A program made the translations under genes and the position numbers. From IMG/VR virus record IMGVR_UViG_3300032296_003403, positions 7,300 to 71,299 of that record: a stretch of DNA of 64,000 bases; one strand, 5' to 3'. The notes below the pieces were generated by a model. The model was not told the DNA's origin and did not search any database. It saw only the letters and a program-made list of their open reading frames with translations. Source of the stretch: a virus. Below, in pieces: positions 38,591-48,173 of this stretch. Position 1 is the first letter of the stretch; every line of letters starts with the position of its first letter.

Positions 38591-41500
38591 AGATAAGGGT
38601 TTCTATTTTTTGTTTCAAATTGTTTGTGTACGTTTATTGAAGACCCAGAAAGCTCTCCTAAGAAGAAATCTTTTCCGTCTTCATATCCACTAATATATAT
38701 ACTACTTCCCTCTATTTCTCCAGATTTTACATAACCTTCTAAATTATTATAATTTTCTGTCAGGCCAGTATACGCTCTTTTTGCCTTAGGCCTCTCTATC
38801 ATAGGAGATTTTATAGTTAGACCTGTCTGTAAACTACTTCTAGCAGGTACATAATCCTTTATCATCTTGAATAAAGAATTATCGAAGAACTTTATGAGTC
38901 TTATATAATCATTTAAATCGTATCTTTCAAAATACTTTTTATAGTATTCTTCATTAAATTCTACAAGATCTGGATACTCATCTTTATAATCGTCTCTCGG
39001 ATCTCCTATATATCTATCTACGTCTATAGAATTACCATACTCCGATATGATGTCTTTATTTACTTCATTTGCAGGAGAAAAAGACACATCTATAAAATGT
39101 ACATCTTTAGTTAGATAATTTTCTGTTTCATCTTCTAACTTCAAGAAAGGAGATAAAACACTTCCAGTTATATCATTATCAACTATTCTTACTTTTTGAT
39201 TTACAGGTATAGAATATACCATGTTAGGAGAGTCTGTTACATACTCCTCATCATTTTGTACATAATTAATTTGATTAGGGAAGTTTACAAAACTAGCTGA
39301 CTTTATGAAAGATCCTGATATACTCAGCCTTTCTTTATAATTAGGTTGAATAGAATATACAGAAGAAGTTAAAGTGTGATTATAGTATAATAAATCATTT
39401 CCTAAAGGAAATCTAGCAGATAAATCAGTGTAGGCGGAGCTACTATAATTTCCTCTATAAGACTCAGGATTTAATACATGATAATTAAACACAGATTCTG
39501 ATAGAGGGGCTGTCCAATATCTAAGTTCTTGAAAATAAGCTAATCCACTAGCTCCTCCCAAATAAAAACTCTGAGTTACTTTATTCCAGGAAGCATTGAA
39601 GGAAGAAGATATGGACCCGCTTAAATATATACTAGAGGAAGCTTGGTGTCCTATTCTAGTTCCTATTTTATTTTTTACATATAGATCATAGTACTGGATT
39701 TGATCATTTGTAATCACATCATAATGATTCCTTCTCCTAACCATGACATTCCACCAATACGTATCACCTTCTGACCCTGTCATGAATATGGGTAAAGATA
39801 CTCTAGCTTCTTTATATCCAGAAGACCCCTTTAAATAGAATTTTAAAACACTATATGGGAATCCTTTAGATGTATCAGGATATAAATCTGAATCTAAATT
39901 GACACTTAAAGGTCCAGTAGATAAAGTAAAGAATAATTTTGATGTTTTATCATAAGTTCCTTTTATTGGCTTAAATCTAAACTCAAAAGTGTCAGGAACA
40001 TAATCAGTTACCGATCCTGTAGGATAATCATACCTTGCTCCCCAATAAGTTTTAACATAAGATCCTGATGCGTTCAAAGCATAGGAAAATCTCTGGTAAG
40101 TATATTCTACGTTAGAGTTACTTTTATCTGAGCCCCCGAATTCATTTACTGATAATATAGTATCTGGTATACCAAAAGTTGTTATTAAGGATTTTAACCC
40201 TCTTGCTGTTCCTTTTGATTTTAATAAATGGGGAATATTGTGGTATATTCTTTTAAGAAGTTCTTTCTGTATGTCTTGGCCTGGGGTACTAAATTGAGAA
40301 GCTGTTACTAGGGTATCTAAAGAAGATCCTGTTGGTATAAAACTTCCAGAAACAGTACTTCCTATCAAATACTCAAATATATTCTCATTGCTCTTTGAGT
40401 TATATAATTTAACACCTAAAGACCTTAGAGCATAATAAACCAAATCTTTTGATATGCCCTTATATAAATTGTTCTTATTCTTATATAAATCAGTTATAGA
40501 TTTTATGAATATCCATATATTATCAAAATGCTGACCCACCATGTTTAAAAACAAGGTATATCCATCATTTACAGTATCCATTGATATATACTCAGGAACT
40601 ATATAAGATAGGTTGTCCTGATTTTCTAAATCATATAAAGAGGCTGTAGCTAGTTGTCCTCCATATAAAAGATTCGATTCATTATCACTTCCTAACCAAG
40701 TTCTAGCTTCAGTAGAATTAACAGAATATAATGAATATGGTTTTACTGAATTTGACTTAGGCCAAGCTGCTGATTCTGATGTGAAATACAAATAATATTC
40801 GTACCCATCAAAATTTTTGATTATAGTATCTATGCTTCCCTGCAGAGAAGATATGCTAGCACTAGAATTAAAAGAAGTATTGTAGTTAGTTGTTGATTTT
40901 ATAGAGGATATGTCAGAATTATACTGCTCTATAAGATTTAACTTATATGTAAAGTTTAACAACCTCTCTTTAGCTGATGAAAAATGTATAAAATCAGAAT
41001 AATCGGAATAATCTACATTTATGTAAATTCCCTTTCTATTTAAAAGATTTATTAATTCTTGATAAGATCCAGACGACTTGTTAGATAACAGACCTGATAT
41101 ATTAAGATAATCAGAAGGTTTTATAGAATTGTCATCAATTTCTAAATCAAAATTAGCACTCTTTAGAAACGGAGTCTTATTTTCTATAGGAGTTGGAGCT
41201 ATCTCTATTTCATAAACAACAGCTTCTGATAGCTCTTCTACTATCCAAAAACTAGATTTTAAATCAAACTCAGCAGGTAATGGCTGATATAACTTAAAAA
41301 GTATAGAATAAGGATCCGTATTTTGATCCAATGCTATATTAACTGCATTTATAAGTTTATTGTCCCCAAAATTTAAAAGAAAATCTTTAAAGTAAGAAGA
41401 TGTTTCTATCTCATACAAGAAATTTATAACACCTTCTTGTATACTAAGATTTGATATATCATTTGTAGATACTCTTATTTCCTTTCTATCAGCTGATATT

Positions 41501-41853
41501 TCTTTTATAAAAAATATCTTTTGATTTATATCTACAACCTTCTTTCTGAAGATATTAAATTGTACTTTGTATACGCCAAAAGTAAAACCTAAATTTTCTA
41601 ATATCTGTTCTGGAAAAAATTCTAACTCTTCGGTATATGTTTCAGAAGATCCTTGTAAGTCTCCAGGTACTTTATAATCAGTGTAGTTGTAGTTTGAAGA
41701 TAGTAGTACATCATTTTTAGTGTACAAGTGATACTCTACATAATCTTCTTTTAACCCAAATTGCCTAATATAGTCCCTAGAAGCGATTAAAGAATCGTCT
41801 ATAACATCATATTTATCTAACTTTGATTCTATTCTGTTTACGGAGACTACCAT
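38587..41853 (-). CDS. Large baseplate wedge-like protein with LamG-like segment
   Basis: FIHFSSAKERL.NF, MVGQHFD, RIYHNIPHLLKSKGT, EFGG and FQELRYW. Confidence 0.65.
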   Translation of the reverse strand: MVVSVNRIESKLDKYDVIDDSLIASRDYIRQFGLKEDYVEYHLYTKNDVLLSSNYNYTDYKVPGDLQGSSETYTEELEFFPEQILENLGFTFGVYKVQFNIFRKKVVDINQKIFFIKEISADRKEIRVSTNDISNLSIQEGVINFLYEIETSSYFKDFLLNFGDNKLINAVNIALDQNTDPYSILFKLYQPLPAEFDLKSSFWIVEELSEAVVYEIEIAPTPIENKTPFLKSANFDLEIDDNSIKPSDYLNISGLLSNKSSGSYQELINLLNRKGIYINVDYSDYSDFIHFSSAKERLLNFTYKLNLIEQYNSDISSIKSTTNYNTSFNSSASISSLQGSIDTIIKNFDGYEYYLYFTSESAAWPKSNSVKPYSLYSVNSTEARTWLGSDNESNLLYGGQLATASLYDLENQDNLSYIVPEYISMDTVNDGYTLFLNMVGQHFDNIWIFIKSITDLYKNKNNLYKGISKDLVYYALRSLGVKLYNSKSNENIFEYLIGSTVSGSFIPTGSSLDTLVTASQFSTPGQDIQKELLKRIYHNIPHLLKSKGTARGLKSLITTFGIPDTILSVNEFGGSDKSNSNVEYTYQRFSYALNASGSYVKTYWGARYDYPTGSVTDYVPDTFEFRFKPIKGTYDKTSKLFFTLSTGPLSVNLDSDLYPDTSKGFPYSVLKFYLKGSSGYKEARVSLPIFMTGSEGDTYWWNVMVRRRNHYDVITNDQIQYYDLYVKNKIGTRIGHQASSSIYLSGSISSSFNASWNKVTQSFYLGGASGLAYFQELRYWTAPLSESVFNYHVLNPESYRGNYSSSAYTDLSARFPLGNDLLYYNHTLTSSVYSIQPNYKERLSISGSFIKSASFVNFPNQINYVQNDEEYVTDSPNMVYSIPVNQKVRIVDNDITGSVLSPFLKLEDETENYLTKDVHFIDVSFSPANEVNKDIISEYGNSIDVDRYIGDPRDDYKDEYPDLVEFNEEYYKKYFERYDLNDYIRLIKFFDNSLFKMIKDYVPARSSLQTGLTIKSPMIERPKAKRAYTGLTENYNNLEGYVKSGEIEGSSIYISGYEDGKDFFLGELSGSSINVHKQFETKNRNPYL

Positions 41854-42188
41854 TATTTGCTTGTATTTGTTAGTATCAGTATTTGACTTTTTAATACTAC
41901 GTTTTCTTCTCTTAAGTTAGCTATTTCTTCTCTTAAATCTTCTAAATTTAATCCTAAATAATCAGCACTTTTTTCTACTAAAGATAGGTGAGAGTTCTCT
42001 GATCCACTTGGGGGAATATCATAGAATAAACTTTCATAGTCTGAAAAAAAAGTTTCTAAAGTGGGAGACCTTTCAGTATCAGCGGTATCTCCATCTTTAG
42101 GAACTAGTTGACTAAAAGACACGTCAACAACATTAGTAAACGTATTCTTTCCATATATCTTTCTTACTATGTTTACTGGTTCAGCCAT
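41853..42188 (-). CDS. Hypothetical structural protein with C-terminal coiled coil
   Basis: FF..YESLFYDIP..G..NSH; operon context. Confidence 0.6.
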   Translation of the reverse strand: MAEPVNIVRKIYGKNTFTNVVDVSFSQLVPKDGDTADTERSPTLETFFSDYESLFYDIPPSGSENSHLSLVEKSADYLGLNLEDLREEIANLREENVVLKSQILILTNTSK

Positions 42189-43285
42189 TATTCTTTTACT
42201 TTAAAAAAGTATTGATCATCGAATATTAAAGTAGATCCGCTTATTACAGTTTTTATTAATATCTTATAATATCTTTCCGGCTCTAATCCATACATATAAA
42301 CATCAAAGTAATTACCTGTTAAATCAGCACTTATTTTTGTATAGTTATCGTCAAAATCTACTATTGTCATGTCTGACTTTACATCTTTTATTGAGTAATA
42401 AGAGGATGAAGGTAAATATTTTTGAGTGGTATATATAGAAGAGGTAGCGTATGTCCTAACAGGGAATTGATCTCTTACATTCAATCTAAATCTGTGTACT
42501 TCATACTGATTAAACTCTCCTTTATTATTAGACAAAGATACTCTAATATCTGCAGAACCAACAGGAGAATAAGTAGATCCTGATATTGAATATGCAGAAT
42601 CGTCCCACTTAAATTCCATTACTGGAGGATACACAGTATTTGTATCTCTTCCAAAGTAATTTAATAAAAAGTTATAGGCTTCATTAAACTCTAAAGAACC
42701 GGATAACTTAAGTAAAAATCCGTTATTAGGGAGTGATCCAGATAAGTAAGAAACAACTGCTGGGGTTACATTTATGTCCAAATCTTTATCATTGTAAACC
42801 CCATAACTTTTTAAGAACTCAAAACCAGTGTACCATGTACCTCCACCAGGATTCTGAGATGTATAGGAACCAGTAGACCCATTAAAATTAGTTAAAAGCC
42901 ATGGCCTAGTTTTACCAGATCCCATGTACTTCCAACTAGCACCATCTGTTGGAATTGGCTCATCTCCGAATCTACCAGTTCCCATATCCCAGCTACCAGA
43001 AACACACAAGGCTTGTACTGTGTAATCTGTGGGCAATCCTGTAGAATTGGCTAAGTATAATTTTATACTTGCACTATAAGAAGAGCTTTTTATATATTTA
43101 GTCAATACATCAGACATATCTGCATCAGCAAACTTTATCAATATTCTTGCTGCTGTTGATTGTGATGTATAATTTAAACTAATATTTTTAGAAAGCTCTA
43201 ATATAGGATCCAACCCTGAGTTTAGAGTTTCGTAGTCAGAGTACAGGGTCGTATCTTTTTCAGCAAATATTTTATATACTGCCAT
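42188..43285 (-). CDS. Structural protein (DNRLRE-like domain)
   Basis: KDTTLYS, NSG.D.ILE, SWDMGTG, NNGFLLK and TNTVYPP. Confidence 0.6.
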   Translation of the reverse strand: MAVYKIFAEKDTTLYSDYETLNSGLDPILELSKNISLNYTSQSTAARILIKFADADMSDVLTKYIKSSSYSASIKLYLANSTGLPTDYTVQALCVSGSWDMGTGRFGDEPIPTDGASWKYMGSGKTRPWLLTNFNGSTGSYTSQNPGGGTWYTGFEFLKSYGVYNDKDLDINVTPAVVSYLSGSLPNNGFLLKLSGSLEFNEAYNFLLNYFGRDTNTVYPPVMEFKWDDSAYSISGSTYSPVGSADIRVSLSNNKGEFNQYEVHRFRLNVRDQFPVRTYATSSIYTTQKYLPSSSYYSIKDVKSDMTIVDFDDNYTKISADLTGNYFDVYMYGLEPERYYKILIKTVISGSTLIFDDQYFFKVKE

Positions 43286-43288
43286 TTT

Positions 43289-43909
43289 TTATTTTTGAAG
43301 TAAGCTGTAATATTCTTTAAAATGCTTTATACGATCAGGAAGACCTATAGTCCCACCGTTAACACGTTTAGTGATAGCAGTAACATCAGCATCTGTTGCT
43401 CCTTTATCAGCTAAAGCATTTAAACCGTTTTTATTCCAGAACCATGCAGCACTTATTAAAGGATACTTAGTTGCTACTAGATCTGGGTTAGCTATTATAT
43501 CATCTTCAACTGTAGCATCAAATGCTTTATAGTTGTCTTTACCGGTCAGCTGGATATATCCCCTTCCTTTAAATTTGAACCCTTCTTTTGAGGCCTCGTC
43601 AGCATTTCCCATTCTTGAAGCATACACTCTTGATCCAATTTTCTCTTGGTTTCTAGCATACTGTTCTGCTAACTTTAAACTAGGCTTTCCATCAGCTCCT
43701 TTAAAGTACTTAGGAAATATACTCAACAATCCTTGTGCTGAATAATTCAAATTCTCAGTCACTAATTTAAATCCACCACTTTCATGGCCTGCTTGAGCTA
43801 AAAAATGCCCTAATCTTAATGCAGTATTTAACTGGTATTTTGCTATTGTGTCTGGGAGTTGGGCAATTACTGAATCTGGGATGTGTCCTTTTAGGTTTTC
43901 TATTTTCAT
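43289..43909 (-). CDS. Glycoside hydrolase family 19 endolysin
   Basis: HFLAQAGHESGGF, ENLNYS, FKGRGYIQLTGKDNY, SAAWFW and TKRVNGG..GL.DR. Confidence 0.93.
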   Translation of the reverse strand: MKIENLKGHIPDSVIAQLPDTIAKYQLNTALRLGHFLAQAGHESGGFKLVTENLNYSAQGLLSIFPKYFKGADGKPSLKLAEQYARNQEKIGSRVYASRMGNADEASKEGFKFKGRGYIQLTGKDNYKAFDATVEDDIIANPDLVATKYPLISAAWFWNKNGLNALADKGATDADVTAITKRVNGGTIGLPDRIKHFKEYYSLLQK

Positions 43910-43919
43910 ATGAATTCTT

Positions 43920-45815
43920 TTAATATGTTACTACTCTTCCGTATATATCCGTATCTGGATATCTTACTTCAAAAATTGAGGGATCTAAACTTGGATATAT
44001 TACTCCGTTTTTAGTAGCCCCTTTTATATCGTAACCATACTTAGAATATCCATTAACTTCTCCATACTTATTGACTACTTCTACTTTTATTACACTTTGT
44101 ACACCTCTTACGTTTCCGCAGCTTATTACGTTGTACAGTTCGGACAATATTATTGGTTGGTTTATTTGCCATTTATCTATATTAAAATAATCTTTTACTG
44201 CATTTAAACAATCATTCAAAACTTCTCTGCTATTATAGGCAGGTAAAACAACTATGTCAAAATTTATACCTATATTAATGTAAAAAGCGTTTTTAATATT
44301 TATTGCATCTGTCAGTATTTTATACTGCATTAAATAATTTTTCAGATTCTCTTTTACTCCAAGAGACGCTTCTGTCAATCTTTTATTTGCGTCATAGGAC
44401 AGAACGTAAAAACTTAATGCTAATGGATTACTGCTTATAAAATCTTGAGGTTTATCTTCTACATTTAAAGAAAGATCTTGTGTTATATAAGCTTTAGATA
44501 CAGTACCGAATTTAGGCGGCATGCTTAAAGCTCTTATGATATGATCTTCTTTAGTTACATTTCTTAGTTGAGCTGGGAAAGAAGCTAAAGTCCTAAGTCT
44601 CAGATCTTCTAAACTATCTCCGTCTCCTCCTCCTGAGGAAGGTTGATCATTATTGAAAGTAACGCTTCTTTGTATGTATCCTAGTAAAGATGAGTTTAAA
44701 GAAGTAGGAGTTAATGATACAGGAGTTGTTATAATATCATATATCTGAGATACATCATTTGATGGTACATTAGTTGCTGCGCCACCTCCAACAGTATATC
44801 TAACAGTTAATATAGTATTACTTGGAGCTAATCCGTAATCTTTTGTGTAAGTAAAATTAGAAGGATCAAAAGCCGTGTATATTTTAGATAGAGAATCCAC
44901 GACACCTATCCCAACGTTGTCTGGGTTAGGGATTATCTCTTCATCTGCATCTCCTACTATTCCGGCGCCGAACTCTAATACAAGTTGATTATCTTCGTTA
45001 TACCTTGTTACAAATCTTCTGCTTACTTTCTTAGGTTTTAACAAATAAGGAGTTGTATCACTATATTGAGATAAGAACGGATCATTAAGCTCATTATTTT
45101 TTACTTCTAAGAAAACAGTATTTTGTGCTAAGTAAGGAACTTCGTACCATTTATTACCATCACTATCTATAACATCTAAAATCTGTATAACATTGTTCTC
45201 AGGTAATACTACACTATCGAATTTTATCGGAGATCCAAAATTAAAATTTTGAGTTTTTATAGTACCAGCTGCTGCTTTTACTTTCTTTTTTAAAAGATAA
45301 TACTCCGGTTGATTTGTAGTATTGTTAATCTGATAAACACTTATATCAGTAGGATCATACGAAGAAGAGAAACTGAAATCTACGGAATCCTGGCATATAA
45401 ACAATGTATCACTATTGCTTAAAGATTTTATCTTTGCCTCTTTCTCTATTATCAAAGAGTAGTTATAGTCGGGAGCGGCAACTCCTCCACTTATAACAGC
45501 TGGTAGTTGTTGATACACATTTAGCTCTACTAATGCTGTGCTTGTTACTTTAGGTCTGTATCCTAAAGTGTAAGCAAGTGACATCAAATTTTGCTTATCC
45601 TGTGCAAACAGTAAAAAGTTCTCTTGAGTTTGTTTATCTATATAAAATGAAAGAACATCTCCTACATAAGAAGCCATTTCAATAAACATATTACCAGGAG
45701 TAGCTTCCGTAAAGTCATTATACACTTCTGGGAAGTAGCTTCTGGCATAATCTATTAAGGCTTCCTTAAAGCTTGTAAAATCTTTATTTATATATTTAAT
45801 GTCTTTTTGTGTCAT
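43920..45815 (-). CDS. Baseplate wedge subunit, T4 gp6-like
   Basis: YINKDF, FIEMASYVGDVLSFYID, LGYRPK, EFGAG, GGGDGDS and QLRNVTKED. Confidence 0.88.
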   Translation of the reverse strand: MTQKDIKYINKDFTSFKEALIDYARSYFPEVYNDFTEATPGNMFIEMASYVGDVLSFYIDKQTQENFLLFAQDKQNLMSLAYTLGYRPKVTSTALVELNVYQQLPAVISGGVAAPDYNYSLIIEKEAKIKSLSNSDTLFICQDSVDFSFSSSYDPTDISVYQINNTTNQPEYYLLKKKVKAAAGTIKTQNFNFGSPIKFDSVVLPENNVIQILDVIDSDGNKWYEVPYLAQNTVFLEVKNNELNDPFLSQYSDTTPYLLKPKKVSRRFVTRYNEDNQLVLEFGAGIVGDADEEIIPNPDNVGIGVVDSLSKIYTAFDPSNFTYTKDYGLAPSNTILTVRYTVGGGAATNVPSNDVSQIYDIITTPVSLTPTSLNSSLLGYIQRSVTFNNDQPSSGGGDGDSLEDLRLRTLASFPAQLRNVTKEDHIIRALSMPPKFGTVSKAYITQDLSLNVEDKPQDFISSNPLALSFYVLSYDANKRLTEASLGVKENLKNYLMQYKILTDAINIKNAFYINIGINFDIVVLPAYNSREVLNDCLNAVKDYFNIDKWQINQPIILSELYNVISCGNVRGVQSVIKVEVVNKYGEVNGYSKYGYDIKGATKNGVIYPSLDPSIFEVRYPDTDIYGRVVTY

Positions 45816-46213
45816 TAGGTTATCTGTATTAATATTGAATCCGCATCATTTTTCAAGGAGTAATCTAATTTTATATTAAGTAGATTCCTATCGGCATCTG
45901 GCATGAAATCTAAGTTGTTTACAGTAATCATTGGAAAATAAATACCTAAATTATCCAATAATACGTCCTTAGCGATGGTAAAATCAGATTGTTGATCAAA
46001 CAGTAACCTTCTTAAGTCAGCACCAAACTCAGGATTAAAAGGCCTTTCTCCTTTGTTTGTAAGCATATAATTTATCAAATTGCTTTTTACCTGATCTTTT
46101 GTGGTGTAGTTTATGACAAAAATAGAATATGGACTAAATGGAAGTCTCAAACCCAACCCTTTGTTAGGGTTTCTTGTACTACTATCTATTTTATATTCTA
46201 TTCTTTTTCTCAT
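45815..46213 (-). CDS. Baseplate wedge subunit, T4 gp25-like
   Basis: NLINYMLTNKGERPFNPEFGADL..LLF. Confidence 0.88.
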   Translation of the reverse strand: MRKRIEYKIDSSTRNPNKGLGLRLPFSPYSIFVINYTTKDQVKSNLINYMLTNKGERPFNPEFGADLRRLLFDQQSDFTIAKDVLLDNLGIYFPMITVNNLDFMPDADRNLLNIKLDYSLKNDADSILIQIT

Positions 46214-46214
46214 T

Positions 46215-46601
46215 CTATCCTATCTTTTCTCTAAACTCTTTCCAAGCTATTGAATCTTTCTTTATAAATGGAATAGGCGCATCTATGTTTGGAAGAGAAC
46301 CATTAATAGAAACTTCCATAGCAGCTTCGCTACTCATTCTAGGAAGAGGGGAAGACTTTTTAAAATCTGAACCTACTGCCTCCCTAAGCTTGGTTCTATA
46401 TTCTTCTGGATTTACGCTTGGTTGGTGATTATTAAGATTGTTCTCCCTGGCTTCTTTTATTGATTTTGCTATGAGGGTTTTTACCTCTTTTAAATCTTTT
46501 TTAAAAGATGACTCTAGTTCTTCTTTTACAGCTTCCTTTACAGCCGATCTAACAGCTTCTTTTATAAGCTCTTTGAATAAAATTAATTGATCTTGTGTCA
46601 T
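46215..46601 (-). CDS. Hypothetical protein
   Basis: LIKEAVRSAVKEAV helical N-terminus; late motif upstream. Confidence 0.6.
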   Translation of the reverse strand: MTQDQLILFKELIKEAVRSAVKEAVKEELESSFKKDLKEVKTLIAKSIKEARENNLNNHQPSVNPEEYRTKLREAVGSDFKKSSPLPRMSSEAAMEVSINGSLPNIDAPIPFIKKDSIAWKEFREKIG

Positions 46602-46626
46602 ATTAATAAATATTTAGTTACACATT

Positions 46627-47688
46627 TTATATTTGGGAATTAATTATAGCCTTTATTTCTTCAAACAACTGATCAGGAGTAGAAAAATAGCTAGGGGCTG
46701 TCTGTGCTTTTATTAAACCAGAAAACTCATCATAAGCTCTTCCTATGAGCTGTTTTTCGTCATACTTTTCTACTTTTAATATATACGTATTAAAGTTATT
46801 ATCTATAAACTGTTGAGAATCAGTATCTAAGTTCTGATCTGGGTCAATATTCCTATAATTTAATAAATCTTGTGCCAGTAAAATTTCAGCTGCGTCTTGG
46901 TCTATGAAATTCCCTTTGGTAGATTCGTTTTCTATTTTAACAGATACCTGTAAGGCCCTAAACCTTTCAGATAGTTTAAATAAGGATCTCTTATTAGATA
47001 ACAAAGTTTTTTCTAATACTTTTAAATACTCTCCCACTACTTGTTTTGTAAAAACTATTTTTATAGATTGTTTGAAAACTTTAAAAATTGGGCCTGTGGC
47101 TGGGTTAGCTATAAGCAGTGTTTCTTGTACATCTAGTAAAGCCTTATAAACTTCAATAGCAGTTTTTATAGCGATCAAAGTGTTTATTAAATTATTAAGT
47201 ATTACTATAGTATTTCTTATAGAATTTATCTTTAATTCTACTTTTGTCTTTATTTTAATTGCATCATTAATATTTTCTTGGGTTGCTGTAATAACCAAGT
47301 TATTTCCTTGTAGAGAAACTCTGCCTTTTGAGTCTGCCTTCTTTAATATATCTGTTACTAGTCCATCTATTTTACTTTCTATGATTACAAACAAACTATT
47401 TACTCTAAACAGCACATTTTTTATAGCAGCCCCAAAAGGATCTTTTACGGCTGAAGACACCGTATCTTTAATTCCTTCTATAGATTTTTTAGGATTTATT
47501 AAAGGTTCTTTAGACTCCTCAGAAGCCCCTTGAAATATATTAGGATTTAATTTTCCTTTTGATAAATCTTTTATGCCAATTGATGCATCTTTTATGCCAG
47601 AAGATAGTTTATCTTTTGTAGAAGATAATTTATCTTTTATGCCAGAAGTTAATTTATCTTTTGATATATTTTTTATACTTAGAGCCAT
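46627..47688 (-). CDS. Hypothetical helical protein (baseplate region)
   Basis: 353 aa with short N-terminal SSGIKD repeats. Confidence 0.55.
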   Translation of the reverse strand: MALSIKNISKDKLTSGIKDKLSSTKDKLSSGIKDASIGIKDLSKGKLNPNIFQGASEESKEPLINPKKSIEGIKDTVSSAVKDPFGAAIKNVLFRVNSLFVIIESKIDGLVTDILKKADSKGRVSLQGNNLVITATQENINDAIKIKTKVELKINSIRNTIVILNNLINTLIAIKTAIEVYKALLDVQETLLIANPATGPIFKVFKQSIKIVFTKQVVGEYLKVLEKTLLSNKRSLFKLSERFRALQVSVKIENESTKGNFIDQDAAEILLAQDLLNYRNIDPDQNLDTDSQQFIDNNFNTYILKVEKYDEKQLIGRAYDEFSGLIKAQTAPSYFSTPDQLFEEIKAIINSQI

Positions 47689-48173
47689 TATAAAGTTTTT
47701 GATACGGTAGATTTAATCGGAGAATCTTCTCCTAAATACTGGTTTTTTATAGCATCTAAAGTCTTTTTAAGTTTGTCAGAAGCTATAGATATGTCTGGAA
47801 TTGTAGATACTCCTAAACCAAGTGCGGTAGCTGTTTTCACTTCTTGTGAAAAATTAGATAAAGCCAGTAAGATTCTGTTTAAACAATCTACTGTAGAATC
47901 TCCTTTAGCTACTGATTCATTTTTTGCTACTACTCCGTTTTGTACATTAGAATCTATTCCTAACTGTATTCTAGGGGAATTTACTATAAAAATATACTTT
48001 TCATCTTTCGATCCTACAGGACCTACGTCAAAATGTATGGATTCCACAGCAGACGCCCCTACCGTTTTTTTAGAAAGTATAAAAACAGAATCATCTTTAC
48101 TGTTAAGTATTAACCTATCAGAATTTAAGATTACAGTGTCTTTATCGTATTTATTAAAATCTGTAAATGACAT
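47688..48173 (-). CDS. Baseplate spike beta-helix/C-terminal module (gp5-like)
   Basis: ILNSDRLILNS, NSPRIQLG, VAKGD and KS.VSKT. Confidence 0.55.
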   Translation of the reverse strand: MSFTDFNKYDKDTVILNSDRLILNSKDDSVFILSKKTVGASAVESIHFDVGPVGSKDEKYIFIVNSPRIQLGIDSNVQNGVVAKNESVAKGDSTVDCLNRILLALSNFSQEVKTATALGLGVSTIPDISIASDKLKKTLDAIKNQYLGEDSPIKSTVSKTL